32,000 bases of DNA, taken from the NCBI GenBank assembly GCA_964591795.1, contig CAZQEL010000007.1:1-32000 (forward strand). Reading direction: 5' to 3'. The notes below the pieces were generated by a model that was given only the letters and a program-made list of their open reading frames with translations, ran no database searches and was not told the origin of the DNA. Shown here piece after piece: positions 16,443-25,551 of this stretch. Source of the stretch: an uncultured archaeon (GTDB taxonomy: Archaea; Iainarchaeota; Iainarchaeia; Iainarchaeales; CSSED10-239). The translations under genes and the position numbers were made by a program. Within the stretch, counting starts at the first letter, position 1. Every line of letters begins with the position of its first letter.

Positions 16443-17975
16443 TTATTTTAATTTTTTAAATTTATTTATTATTTCTTTTTCTTCATCTTTAATTTTATTA
16501 ATTGCACTCATAACTTCTTTCTTTTCTTTTTTTATTTTTTCAGAAATCATCTTACTTTCCTTCTTTGTAAATTCTTTAAGTATAATTTCTTCATTTCTTG
16601 CTTTTATAAATAATTTTTTTTCTTCATGTGATAAATATATTCCAAATATTTTAAATCCATAAAAAACTGGTTTCTGTAAAATAATATTTTTAAAAAGATT
16701 TATATTTCTTCTATTTAAATCTTCAATAGTTCTACCATATAAATATGCAAATACCCTAAATACAGCAGAAACTAAAAATACTGTAATTAAAGCATATAAT
16801 TCATTTCCAAAATAATTTCTTGCAATAGAGATAATCCATGCACCAAACAAAGTTCCTAATAGAATAGCAGTTGCTTGAATTATTAAAAAGAAAGATGAAT
16901 GATTAATTAAATCTGATTTTATATTTTGATAAAAATAATTTGTTATGGATAAATTAAACCCTGCAAAAACAATTCCTCCAAAAAAACTAGATAACACAAT
17001 TATAAAATATGATTTATAAAATAATGCTGGAAGCAAAATAAATAAAGGCATGAATAAAACTGAAGTCTTTAAAATTTTAATAGAACCATATTTATCAGAA
17101 ATATAACCCCAATAACTTAAACTTAATAAAGTTCCAGCAATAAATACTATCTTCCACCAAATATACATTGTATATGTATATGCTAAGGTATCTAATAAAA
17201 AATAAGACAAATATAAAGTACCAATATATAATCCAAAATAAAAAATAATTATAAATATTAAAAAATTAAGAAAAGGTTTATCATTCAATACTTCTTTTTT
17301 AAAAATTTTAAAAACAGGTTTAATTCTTTTTTTTGTTTCAATTAAAATACTCTTTTTATCTTCAGTAACACTCATTTTTTTTAAATATCTAGAAGAAATA
17401 AATCTAAATAAACCAGCACAAATAAATATTATTGTAAATCCAACTAATGTTTCTGATGATTTAATTATATCTAAAAAATAGCCAGTTAAAATAATTGGAA
17501 TAATTGATATAAATTCAAGAATTATATATTTTTTTGCAAGATAACCACCCATTTTTTTAATAGGAAATATTTTTCTAATCCAATCTAAATAAATTGGATG
17601 AACAATAGTTCCTAATCCAATTATTATAATATATACAGCAATAGTAACCCAAATAGTTAAGCTATTACTAAAAAAGAAATGTGCAATAGCTAATGGTAAC
17701 CACAATAATGCTTGTAAAGTTACAAACACTACAACTGAGTTTTTCTTAGATTGAAATAATCTTAGTAATCTATATGAAATTAAAACTAACAAAGATGCTA
17801 AAAAGATAGGTAATGCTTGTAATAAACCAACTTGTAATGGATTTGCTCCTAATGAAATAACATATGGAACTAAAAAAGTTAATGCAATTGAATTCATTAG
17901 AACCCAAAAAACACCATATTTTACTGAAAATTCAAAATCTTTTTTAATTTGTTTTTCTGATTGCTTAAATGTCAT
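16443..17975 (-). CDS. MFS-type transporter with a Lys/Glu-rich C-terminal coiled-coil extension
   Basis: 510 aa. About 12 hydrophobic segments in a 6+6 arrangement with a central basic loop (KKMSVTEDKKSILIETKKRIK). The last ~90 aa are K/E-rich. Substrate is unknown. Confidence 0.6.
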   Translation of the reverse strand: MTFKQSEKQIKKDFEFSVKYGVFWVLMNSIALTFLVPYVISLGANPLQVGLLQALPIFLASLLVLISYRLLRLFQSKKNSVVVFVTLQALLWLPLAIAHFFFSNSLTIWVTIAVYIIIIGLGTIVHPIYLDWIRKIFPIKKMGGYLAKKYIILEFISIIPIILTGYFLDIIKSSETLVGFTIIFICAGLFRFISSRYLKKMSVTEDKKSILIETKKRIKPVFKIFKKEVLNDKPFLNFLIFIIIFYFGLYIGTLYLSYFLLDTLAYTYTMYIWWKIVFIAGTLLSLSYWGYISDKYGSIKILKTSVLFMPLFILLPALFYKSYFIIVLSSFFGGIVFAGFNLSITNYFYQNIKSDLINHSSFFLIIQATAILLGTLFGAWIISIARNYFGNELYALITVFLVSAVFRVFAYLYGRTIEDLNRRNINLFKNIILQKPVFYGFKIFGIYLSHEEKKLFIKARNEEIILKEFTKKESKMISEKIKKEKKEVMSAINKIKDEEKEIINKFKKLK

Positions 17976-18039
17976 ATTAAATCAATTAAAAATATTGGTT
18001 AGAATATAAATTAATAAACAAATAGTTTATATAAATATG

Positions 18040-18113
18040 TGCTCGAAAGGGGATTCGGACCCCCGTTATCAGAGTGAGAGTCTGATGTGATTACCGGGCT
18101 ACACTATTCGAGC
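18040..18113 (-). tRNA. tRNA-Glu (anticodon CUC)
   Basis: Manual fold. Acceptor GCTCGAA/TTCGAGC, anticodon stem TCAGA/TCTGA, loop CTCTCAC, T arm GGGGG-TCCGAAT-CCCCT, discriminator A. 74 nt, no intron. Confidence 0.85.
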
Positions 18114-18128
18114 ATTTATTTTTAAAAA

Positions 18129-18210
18129 TGCAAGGGACAGGATTTGAACCTGCGAAGCACTAAGCACACGGTTCTTAGCCGTGCCCCTTTGACCACTCGG
18201 GAACCCCTGC
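18129..18210 (-). tRNA. class II tRNA-Leu, apparent anticodon AAG
   Basis: Manual fold. Acceptor GCAGGGG/CCCTTGC, D arm CCCG-AGTGGTCAA-AGGG, anticodon stem CACGG/CCGTG, loop C-U-A-A-G-A-A, 13-nt variable arm TGCTTAGTGCTTC, T arm GCAGG-TTCAAAT-CCTGT, discriminator A. 82 nt. Confidence 0.75.
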
Positions 18211-18265
18211 ATAAAAAAACAGTTTATTATATATATAATATAGAATCAAAAAGAATATAAATAAA

Positions 18266-18883
18266 TTATATTTCTGAATTTTCATTTTTAGTTGGTTTTT
18301 TTTGTTTAATTAGCTCTGAATCAATACCATCTCCAACATCATCATCTTTAGTTTCATCTAAATCAAAAGAAGAATCATTGTTATTTTCATCAGAATTAAA
18401 ATCATCTCCATCATCAAAATCATCTTCTACAAAATCATCAAGTGATTCACTATTATCTGTATCAGATTTTAAATCATCTGAATTATACTCAGAATCATCA
18501 ATATCTTCTTCTAATTCATTAGCTTTTTTCAACCCTAAAATATTTGTAGATATATTTTTTTGATTTGAATAAGATGTAAAATATACAATTAAAAAAAATC
18601 CAGCTATAAAATAAAATGCAATTTTATAAAAAATATTTAAATTAATATCCATAAATAAACGAACAAATAAAACAATAGAAAAAAATAACTCTAGTTTTGA
18701 CAAATATCTTTTTTGTTTAAATAACTCAAAAAAGTTTATTTTAATAAATGCTAAAAAAGAAAGAGAAATAAAAATTAAACTTAAAGTTTCATTATCATAA
18801 AAAATAAAAGAAAATAAAGTAGATATAAATAAAATATATGATGCGAATTTTCTAAACAATAAAACTATTTTATTCATATGCAT
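18266..18883 (-). CDS. membrane protein with a highly acidic C-terminal tail (hypothetical)
   Basis: 205 aa. About four N-terminal TM segments, then ~90 aa dominated by D/E/S/N (EEDIDDSEYNSDDLKSDTDNSESLDDFVEDDFDDGDDFNSDENNNDSSFDLDETKDDDVGDG). Confidence 0.5.
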   Translation of the reverse strand: MHMNKIVLLFRKFASYILFISTLFSFIFYDNETLSLIFISLSFLAFIKINFFELFKQKRYLSKLELFFSIVLFVRLFMDINLNIFYKIAFYFIAGFFLIVYFTSYSNQKNISTNILGLKKANELEEDIDDSEYNSDDLKSDTDNSESLDDFVEDDFDDGDDFNSDENNNDSSFDLDETKDDDVGDGIDSELIKQKKPTKNENSEI

Positions 18884-18921
18884 TTATCATCTCTTATTTT
18901 AAATGAAAACAACCTTAGTAA

Positions 18922-19497
18922 CTAACAATTACAAGAAGATTTGTCATCATCACAGTCATCACAACCATCTTTAGCACAACTATCAGCCTCACTAGATTTA
19001 GTATGTTCATGACCAGGATGTTTACTAGCTAACTCATCTTCAAATAATTTTACTTGAGCTTCTGAAAAAATTGTTTTTATTTCAATTTCAAAAGTTAAAT
19101 CTTCACCAGCTAAAGGATGATTAATTACAGCTTTAATTTTGTCATCCAAAATATCAACCACATCAATCTTTATAGGTCCCATATCTGTCATAAAATTAAA
19201 ACTCTTACCTTTTTCTAAAACTTTAATATCCTTAAAAGAAGTTTTAGGAACTTCTACAGATTCTATATTTTTAGGCCCGTAAGCATCTTTAAAAGGAATA
19301 GTAAATTCTTTCTTAGCACCCACATCTAAATCTAAAACTGTAGCATCAAACCCAGGAATTACCATACCAGCACCAACTTTAAATTTTAAAGGATCCTTAT
19401 CTTTTGAAGTATCGAATATTTCTCCGTTTTTTAATTTTCCAGTATACTCCACTTCAATCCAATCATTTTGTACAATAGTCATAAGTATCAACTCCAT
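18922..19497 (-). CDS. FKBP-type peptidyl-prolyl cis-trans isomerase, SlyD-like, with IF domain and Cys/His/Asp-rich metal-binding tail
   Basis: VEYTGKLKNGEIFDTS...FKVGAGMVIPGFD FKBP core, an inserted flap domain, NHPLAGEDLTFEIEI, and the tail HPGHEH...CAKDGCDDCDDDKSSCNC. The true start may be the ATG at 19482 (MTIVQND). Confidence 0.85.
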   Translation of the reverse strand: MELILMTIVQNDWIEVEYTGKLKNGEIFDTSKDKDPLKFKVGAGMVIPGFDATVLDLDVGAKKEFTIPFKDAYGPKNIESVEVPKTSFKDIKVLEKGKSFNFMTDMGPIKIDVVDILDDKIKAVINHPLAGEDLTFEIEIKTIFSEAQVKLFEDELASKHPGHEHTKSSEADSCAKDGCDDCDDDKSSCNC

Positions 19498-19744
19498 TTT
19501 TAAATAATTATGTGACTAAAGGTTTATAAATTGATTTTGTCCTAAAATAAATGATGATTAAATTATAATATAATTTTAAAATTAAACCAAATACAATAAA
19601 AAGAATATATATTTATAAATAAATAGTTATTTCAATAAAATAAAGAAAGACAAAAATAAAGTAATTAAACAAATTATGAATATATTCAAATAATACATAT
19701 GTTTAAATAAACTTTATGTATTATATTATATATTAGTATTATAA

Positions 19745-19782
19745 CAAATGATAACTTATTTTATAGCAAATAATAACTTATT
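19745..19782. repeat. 16-bp direct repeat (caaatRataacttatt) x2 with 22-bp period in the helicase promoter region
   Basis: 19745-19760 and 19767-19782 differ at one position. They lie 37-74 bp upstream of the 19819 start. Confidence 0.6.
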
Positions 19783-19818
19783 CTTATAATAATAAAAAAC
19801 AAAAAAAATGGAAAAAAT

Positions 19819-21525
19819 ATGAACGAATTTAAAAAATTAAATCTTAGTGTAGATGTTCTTAAAGCTATAGACGCTTTAAATTTTAAAGAACCTACAGAAG
19901 TACAAATTAAATCTATTCCTAAAATATTAGCTGGAGATAACTTAATTGTTCAATCAGCAACAGGAACTGGAAAAACAATAGCTTTTTTAGGAGCAACAAT
20001 TTCTAAAATAAAACCTGAAAAAAAAGCACAAATATTAATAATAACTCCAACAAGAGAACTTGCTATACAAATACTTAGTGAAGCAATAAAATTATCTAAA
20101 TTTTCAAGAACTTTTTCAAGTGCTATATATGGAGGAGATTCAATATCAAGACAAGCATCAGAATTAAGAAATGCGGATATTGTAATTGGAACCCCTGGTA
20201 GATTAATTGACCAAATGGGAAGAAAAAATTTAAAACTACACAATCTTAAATATGTAATTTTGGATGAAGCAGATAGAATGTGTGACATGGGATTTTTTAA
20301 TGATATTTCAAAAATATTTGATAAAACTTCAGAAGAAAAACAAATACTTTTATTTTCAGCTACAATTACAAGAGATGTTGAAAAACTTAAAAGAAAATAT
20401 ATTAAAAAATCAGAACAAATAATAATTGACAGCTACGTTGACCCTAATAAACTAATACAAGAATACTATATTGTTAAAGAAAATAATAAACTATCTTTAA
20501 TGGTTGATTTACTTAAAAAAAATAAAGGTAAAAAATCACTTTTATTTTGTAATACAAGAAGTGAAGTTGATTTATTATACCATAATTTTAAAATACATAA
20601 TATTGAATGTTTTAAATTACATGGTGGACTTGAACAAAGAACAAGAACAAACACTATTGCAAAATACCACAAACATGAAACAGCAGTTTTAATTTCAACA
20701 GATGTTTCTGCAAGAGGAATACATGTTGATAATTTAGAATTTATTTACAATTTTGATATTCCTAGAGAATATACTCAATATGTTCATAGAATAGGTCGAA
20801 CCGCAAGAGCTGGAAATGATGGTGTTGCAATAACATTAATAAACAAAAAACTTTTTGAAACCTATAAAAAGATGTGCAGACACTTTAAATTTAAACCAAT
20901 TGAAAAAAGTTTACCAAACTATGAAATATTAAGTATGTCAAAACCAGAAAGACAAAACTCAAGACCAAGATATACTAATAGTAAAGTTAAAAATGATAGA
21001 TTAAAAAGTAATGTTTTTGGAAAAAGAAAATTTGGTAGTAAACCAAGACAATTCAATCATAAATTTCTTGAAGATATAACTGCAAAAGATGGTTCTCCAC
21101 AAAATAGATCTAGAGTTCCAAGAGATAGACCAAGAGATTTTAGAGATAGACCTAGAGATTTTAAAGATAGACGTAGAGACTTTAATAAAGAAAGTAGTTC
21201 AAGAGATAGATTTTCAAAAACAAAAGAAAGACCTATAGACTTTAAAGACACTACTTCTAGAAATAGAAACTCACACAAAGGCCCAAAAGATAGATTTTCA
21301 AAAACAAAAGAGAGATCTGGAGCTTTTAAAGATAAACATAAACGCTCAAGAGGCCCTCCAAGAGATCCTAGAGATAAAGCACCAGGATCTATAGGAAGAC
21401 CAGCATCACTTTTAAACAAACCAAGAAGTACAGTAACTGAAAAAGATATTGACAAAATTAGAAAAGTTACTTTAAAAAAGAAAGAAGAATACAAAAGATC
21501 AAAAGAAAGAAAACATAGAAAATAA
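19819..21525 (+). CDS. DEAD-box ATP-dependent RNA helicase with Arg-rich repetitive C-terminal tail
   Basis: Q motif (FKEPTEVQ), motif I SATGTGKT, Ia PTRELA, II DEAD (ILDEADRM), III SAT, VI HRIGRTARAG. About 190 aa of basic low-complexity tail. Confidence 0.9.
   Translation: MNEFKKLNLSVDVLKAIDALNFKEPTEVQIKSIPKILAGDNLIVQSATGTGKTIAFLGATISKIKPEKKAQILIITPTRELAIQILSEAIKLSKFSRTFSSAIYGGDSISRQASELRNADIVIGTPGRLIDQMGRKNLKLHNLKYVILDEADRMCDMGFFNDISKIFDKTSEEKQILLFSATITRDVEKLKRKYIKKSEQIIIDSYVDPNKLIQEYYIVKENNKLSLMVDLLKKNKGKKSLLFCNTRSEVDLLYHNFKIHNIECFKLHGGLEQRTRTNTIAKYHKHETAVLISTDVSARGIHVDNLEFIYNFDIPREYTQYVHRIGRTARAGNDGVAITLINKKLFETYKKMCRHFKFKPIEKSLPNYEILSMSKPERQNSRPRYTNSKVKNDRLKSNVFGKRKFGSKPRQFNHKFLEDITAKDGSPQNRSRVPRDRPRDFRDRPRDFKDRRRDFNKESSSRDRFSKTKERPIDFKDTTSRNRNSHKGPKDRFSKTKERSGAFKDKHKRSRGPPRDPRDKAPGSIGRPASLLNKPRSTVTEKDIDKIRKVTLKKKEEYKRSKERKHRK
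21121..21333 (+). repeat. in-frame coding repeats in the helicase tail
   Basis: Three 21-bp units at 21121-21183 encode RDRPRDF/RDRPRDF/KDRRRDF. A ~48-bp unit occurs twice (21202-21249 and 21286-21333), encoding RDRFSKTKERPIDFKD and KDRFSKTKERSGAFKD. Confidence 0.85.
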
Positions 21526-21532
21526 AAAAATT

Positions 21533-21558
21533 ATTTGTAGGATTTAAGTCCTACAAAT
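21533..21558 (+). terminator. 10-bp stem hairpin just after the helicase stop
   Basis: ATTTGTAGGA (21533-21542) and TCCTACAAAT (21549-21558) are perfect complements around a 6-nt loop, 8 nt after the stop codon. Confidence 0.45.
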
Positions 21559-21685
21559 AAACTATTTCTTATAACTATAAAACCAATAAGCTATTTTTTA
21601 CAAAATAATTCTTAACTTCATATTGAAACTAAATAGAAATTATTAAAAACTAATACTAACATAATTTTAATAATTAATAAAGAGG

Positions 21686-22471
21686 GTGAAAAAAATGATA
21701 TTAACATATGTTCTAATAATAATTGTATTTATTTTACTAATTAGTTTAAGAGTAATTAAAGAATATGAAAGAGGAATAAAATTTACTTTCGGAAAATTCA
21801 CAAAAATAATGGATCCTGGGTTAAATATAGTAGTACCAATAGTACATACATACCAAACAGTAGACTTAAGAGTAAAAGCAGTTGATGTTCCAAATCAAGA
21901 AGCTATTACAAAAGATAATATACCAACTGGAATAAATGCAGTTATATATTATAAAATAACAAATGCACAAAAAGCAATATTAGAAGTTGAAAATTATTTT
22001 TACGCAACAAGTCAATTAGCACAAACAACTATGAGAAATATTGTTGGTGAAGTTGAATTAGATGAACTTTTATCTAAAAGAGATAAAATTGCAAATAAAA
22101 TAAAAGAAATAATTGATCGTGCAACAGACCCATGGGGAATTAGTGTTGAAGCAGTTGAACTTAAAGATATTATACTTCCAGAAAATATGAAAAGAGTAAT
22201 TGCAAAACAAGCAGAAGCTGAAAGAGAAAAAAGATCTTCAATAATTAAAGCTGAAGGTGAAGTAATTGCATCCGGAAATCTTTCAAAAGCAGCAAACACA
22301 TTATCTCAAGCACCAGGAGCTTTACATCTTAGAACATTGCAAACATTAAATGATCTTTCATCAGATCAAAGTAACACAGTTATATTTGCAATACCTTTAG
22401 AAATATTAAGAGCTTTTGAATCGTTAGATACAAAAAAAATAACAGAAACTATTAAAAAAATAAAAAAATAG
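21686..22471 (+). CDS. SPFH/band 7 (stomatin/prohibitin-like) membrane protein
   Basis: N-terminal TM segment, then VIKEYERGIKFTFGKF...DLRV...TKDN, the SPFH domain. C-terminal coiled coil QAEAEREKR. GTG start at 21686 after AGAGGG, with an alternative ATG at 21695. No NfeD partner gene is adjacent. Confidence 0.9.
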   Translation: MKKMILTYVLIIIVFILLISLRVIKEYERGIKFTFGKFTKIMDPGLNIVVPIVHTYQTVDLRVKAVDVPNQEAITKDNIPTGINAVIYYKITNAQKAILEVENYFYATSQLAQTTMRNIVGEVELDELLSKRDKIANKIKEIIDRATDPWGISVEAVELKDIILPENMKRVIAKQAEAEREKRSSIIKAEGEVIASGNLSKAANTLSQAPGALHLRTLQTLNDLSSDQSNTVIFAIPLEILRAFESLDTKKITETIKKIKK

Positions 22472-22492
22472 TTTCTTGTTTTTTTTCTTTTT

Positions 22493-23426
22493 TTAAAAAT
22501 CAATACTAACGTACCTCTCAAATCTATCTGGAAATAACATCAGATAATTACCAACCTCCTTATTTTGAATATATCTTTTTACAATAGAATAAACTGCACC
22601 AGAACTAATCCCAACTAATAAACCATTATTTCTAATAAGCTCCTTTGTAGATTCATAAGCTTCTTTAGTATATGCAGTTTCTATTTTATCAAAGTATTTT
22701 GTAGTATAAATCTTAGGAACTATAGCTTCAGACATATTTTTTAAACCAAATATCTTATGACCAATCTCTGGTTCTACAGCAATTGTTTTTATATTTGGAT
22801 TATATTCTTTAATTGCTTTTGATAAACCAACAGCAGTTCCAGAAGTACCTAATCCTACAAATAAATGGGTTAAGTTAGGTAATTGAGCAATTATTTCTTT
22901 TGATGTTTGATAATAATGAGTCAAAGTATTAATTTTATTAGAAAATTGACTTGGTAGAAAATATTTATCTGGATCTTTTGCATAAATTTCTTGTAATAAT
23001 TTTATAGACCCATCAGTACCTTGATTACCTTGACTTAAAATTAAATTAACCCCTAAAAGCTCAAGTATCTTTTTTCTTTCAAAACTAACATTTTTACTTA
23101 AAACAATATCGATTGAATACCCTTTTACAGCTGCAACCATTGCAAGCCCAATAGCAGTATTACCAGAACTAGCTTCAAGTATAATTTTATTTTTATTTAA
23201 AAGTCCTTCTCTTTCAGCAGATTCAATAATATTATATGCAATTCTATCTTTTATTGATCCACCTACATTAAATCCTTCTAATTTAGCAAATAAATTTATA
23301 TTATTTGAAGTTAAGTTAAGATTTAATAAAGGAGTTTTACCAATTAAATCAAAAATTGTATTAACAGGGTGAAAAATAACCTTCGGTCTTATTAAAAGTA
23401 TATTTTTTTAAAAAATCTATATTCAT
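22493..23426 (-). CDS. cysteine synthase / CBS-family PLP-dependent enzyme, 5' end frameshifted (possible pseudogene or homopolymer assembly error)
   Basis: The track ORF (22493-23140) begins mid-domain. The same frame stays open upstream to 23407 and encodes IGKTPLLNL...GGSIKDRIAYNII...EASSGNTAIGLA, which holds the PLP-lysine and SSGNT motifs but no ATG, GTG or TTG. An ATG at 23426 with GGAGGA 7 nt upstream is in a different frame and stops after 21 codons. The frames meet at a T6A7 run. Confidence 0.8.
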
Positions 23427-23626
23427 ATTTATTCCTCCATATAATTAGATTTTTGATAACAAATGATTTACAAGTATAATTAACAGAAACAGAAATAGAA
23501 ACAAAGTTTTACTAAATTACTTGAAATCATAAATATATATAACACAACAAATATATAAACTTATTTAAAAATATTTAACATTTCTAATTATACAAAATAG
23601 CTTTAATAATACAATTTATATTATTT

Positions 23627-24262
23627 ATGATTAACATATCTATTAAAATAATACACATAAAAATGATAAATATGATAATTAAAAAAACAAAATTTAATTT
23701 AAAACATGAGACTAAAAAACATACTTTAAGAAAATTTATATTAGTTTTATTAATATTGATAGCATATCTTACAATTACTTCTATAAAATTAGGTTTTAAA
23801 GAAGGAATTTCAATAACACTATTAACATGGTCCTTTTTTGTTTTTTGTACACCAGTTGCTGATGCCGGATTTTTAATAGATTTTCCAATTAGATTAATCA
23901 CAAGATTTAGAATGGTTTATTCTGAGATGATAGTATGGAGTATTGCAGTAATTATAAATTTAATTTATTTTATTACAAATTCTCAAATATATAATAGTAC
24001 AATAATATTAGCTTTATTTAAACAAATTTTAACTAATCCATGGCCATATTGGATAATAATAATATTATCAGGACTTGGTACTTTCTTATCAATTATCTTT
24101 GCTGATGAATTAATGGATGTTTCAAAACACCATGAAAGAAAAAAATATCATAAACATATAAGTAAATATCAATTAATTATTTTTGCATTTATAATAATTA
24201 TAATTATTGTAATATATTATTTTTTAATAAAACAATTAGGACTTAGTATTCCTTTAATATAA
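23627..24262 (+). CDS. polytopic membrane protein (hypothetical)
   Basis: 211-aa ORF with about 5 hydrophobic segments and a HHERKKYHKH loop. The start is uncertain (ATGs at 23627, 23660 and 23669). No recognisable family. Confidence 0.5.
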   Translation: MINISIKIIHIKMINMIIKKTKFNLKHETKKHTLRKFILVLLILIAYLTITSIKLGFKEGISITLLTWSFFVFCTPVADAGFLIDFPIRLITRFRMVYSEMIVWSIAVIINLIYFITNSQIYNSTIILALFKQILTNPWPYWIIIILSGLGTFLSIIFADELMDVSKHHERKKYHKHISKYQLIIFAFIIIIIIVIYYFLIKQLGLSIPLI

Positions 24263-24313
24263 ATAAAAGAAATGATTAAAAATAACTAAGTTATAAATTT
24301 AATTTTAACAAAA

Positions 24314-24952
24314 CCTGGTTTAGCTATAATTGTTGATGGAGTTAAAAAAAGAGCAATATACCAAAAAATATATAATCACATTAATTATATACTTACAAAA
24401 ACATTTCGTATTCTTTTTTTAGTTCCTTTTTCAATACTTGTCTTTAGTTTTTTTCCTATAACACCTATTCAACTAGTATTATTATCTGTATTAAATGATA
24501 TTCCAATCTTAGCAATGACAACAGATAAAGTTGGAGAATCTAAAATTCCTAAAAAATAAAAATTAAAAAAACTAATGAGCATATCTTCAATTCTCAATTT
24601 TATCAATTTTTTAAACAGTGAATTATTATTAATATTATTTGTTTTTTATTAAATTTACCAGTAATACAAATACTTTTATTTCTTAAGCTTTTAATATCAC
24701 ACAGGTAATTTAATGATATTTCAAGCTAGAAGTAAAGAACCAGTGCAAAAAGGGTTAAGACCCTCTAAGATTTTGTTATATTCAGTAATAATAACTCAAT
24801 TAATAGCAACAACAATGGTTTTATTGGGTATATTTGTAACTACAATAAGTATAACCACAATATTACTTATGTGGGGCTAAATAATTTTATTTTTCTTTAT
24901 AACAGAATTATTTAAGCATTGGATATATAAATATGCAGAAAAAAAGAAATAA
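24314..24952 (+). pseudogene. decayed 3' remnant of a P-type (P3A, H+-ATPase-like) cation pump
   Basis: Manual translation gives PGLAIIVDGVKKRAIYQKIYNHINYILTKTFRILFLV...PIQLVLLSVLNDIPILAMTTDKVGESKIPKK*KLKKL...FLKLLISHR*/MIFQARSKEPVQKGLRPSKILLYSVIITQLIATT...LLMWG*IILFFFITELFKHWIY. This is colinear with the TM5-TM10 region of plasma-membrane-type H+-ATPases. It is interrupted by in-frame stops at 24557, 24650 and 24878 and by two frame changes near 24649 and 24705. The N-terminal ~600 aa are absent. Confidence 0.7.
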
Positions 24953-25064
24953 AAAGATATATTTAAAATTAATTTTTATTTAAATATCCATCAAATATCA
25001 TTTTTGACAAAATAATTACATTTGGGGCTAACTTATATTTTTTTAGAGAACCAATAGAAATAAA

Positions 25065-25445
25065 TTAACCTTCTGAAAAATTATTTTCAATTTGTTTAGG
25101 CAAACTATCATAAAAAGAAATAAAATTGTAAGATCTTCTTTTTTTATTATCAGGACTAGTAAAGTCAATAAAAAATGGTTTAATGTTTTCTAATTTATTT
25201 GTAAAATCAATTCCAATTTCTTCCTTAATTTCTCTTATAGCAGTATTTTTTAAAATAGTATATTTAAAATTATTAATTCTATCAAACAATTCAACTTTAC
25301 CACCTGGAATTTCCCAATGTTTATGATCTTTTCTTTTTAATAATAATATTGATATGTCCTCTTTATCAAATCTAACTATTAATATTCCAGAATTAACAAT
25401 TCTACCATCTTCCATAAATTTTTTTAAATTTAAATTATATTTCAT
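25065..25445 (-). CDS. NUDIX hydrolase
   Basis: 126 aa. The Nudix box is GGKVE...AIREIKEEIGI, with an unusually long insertion (LFDRINNFKYTILKNT) between the G-x5-E and REx2EExG halves. Confidence 0.65.
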   Translation of the reverse strand: MKYNLNLKKFMEDGRIVNSGILIVRFDKEDISILLLKRKDHKHWEIPGGKVELFDRINNFKYTILKNTAIREIKEEIGIDFTNKLENIKPFFIDFTSPDNKKRRSYNFISFYDSLPKQIENNFSEG

Positions 25446-25505
25446 AAGTAACTCACTTTAAATTATTTTCATTTAATTTTTTTATTTCTTTTAAATTTGT
25501 TAATA

Positions 25506-25551
25506 TTCATAATATATCATTATATATATTCATAATATATCATTATATATA
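25506..25551. repeat. perfect 23-bp tandem duplication (ttcataatatatcattatatata x2)
   Basis: 25506-25528 is identical to 25529-25551. It lies 60-105 bp upstream of the NUDIX start. Confidence 0.9.

Noticed and set aside
19551-19557. AUGAUGA box-C-like heptamer in the slyD-like/helicase spacer (possible C/D sRNA)
   Set aside because: No CUGA box D, terminal stem or C'/D' elements lie within the following ~80 nt on that strand.
19950-20288. 112-aa minus-strand ORF
   Set aside because: It lies entirely inside, and antisense to, the conserved helicase core (motifs I-II), with no independent coding signal.
21057-21494. 145-aa minus-strand ORF
   Set aside because: It is antisense to the repetitive C-terminal tail of the DEAD-box helicase. 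It is low-complexity Leu/Ser-rich, which is an artefact of the repeats and of stop-poor antisense frames.
22012-22299. 95-aa minus-strand ORF
   Set aside because: It is antisense to the well-conserved SPFH domain gene and is likely spurious.
23584-23901. 105-aa minus-strand ORF
   Set aside because: It overlaps the 5' part of the 23627-24262 membrane-protein ORF on the opposite strand. The plus-strand ORF is longer and has coherent TM segments. Neither has homology support, so this choice is tentative.
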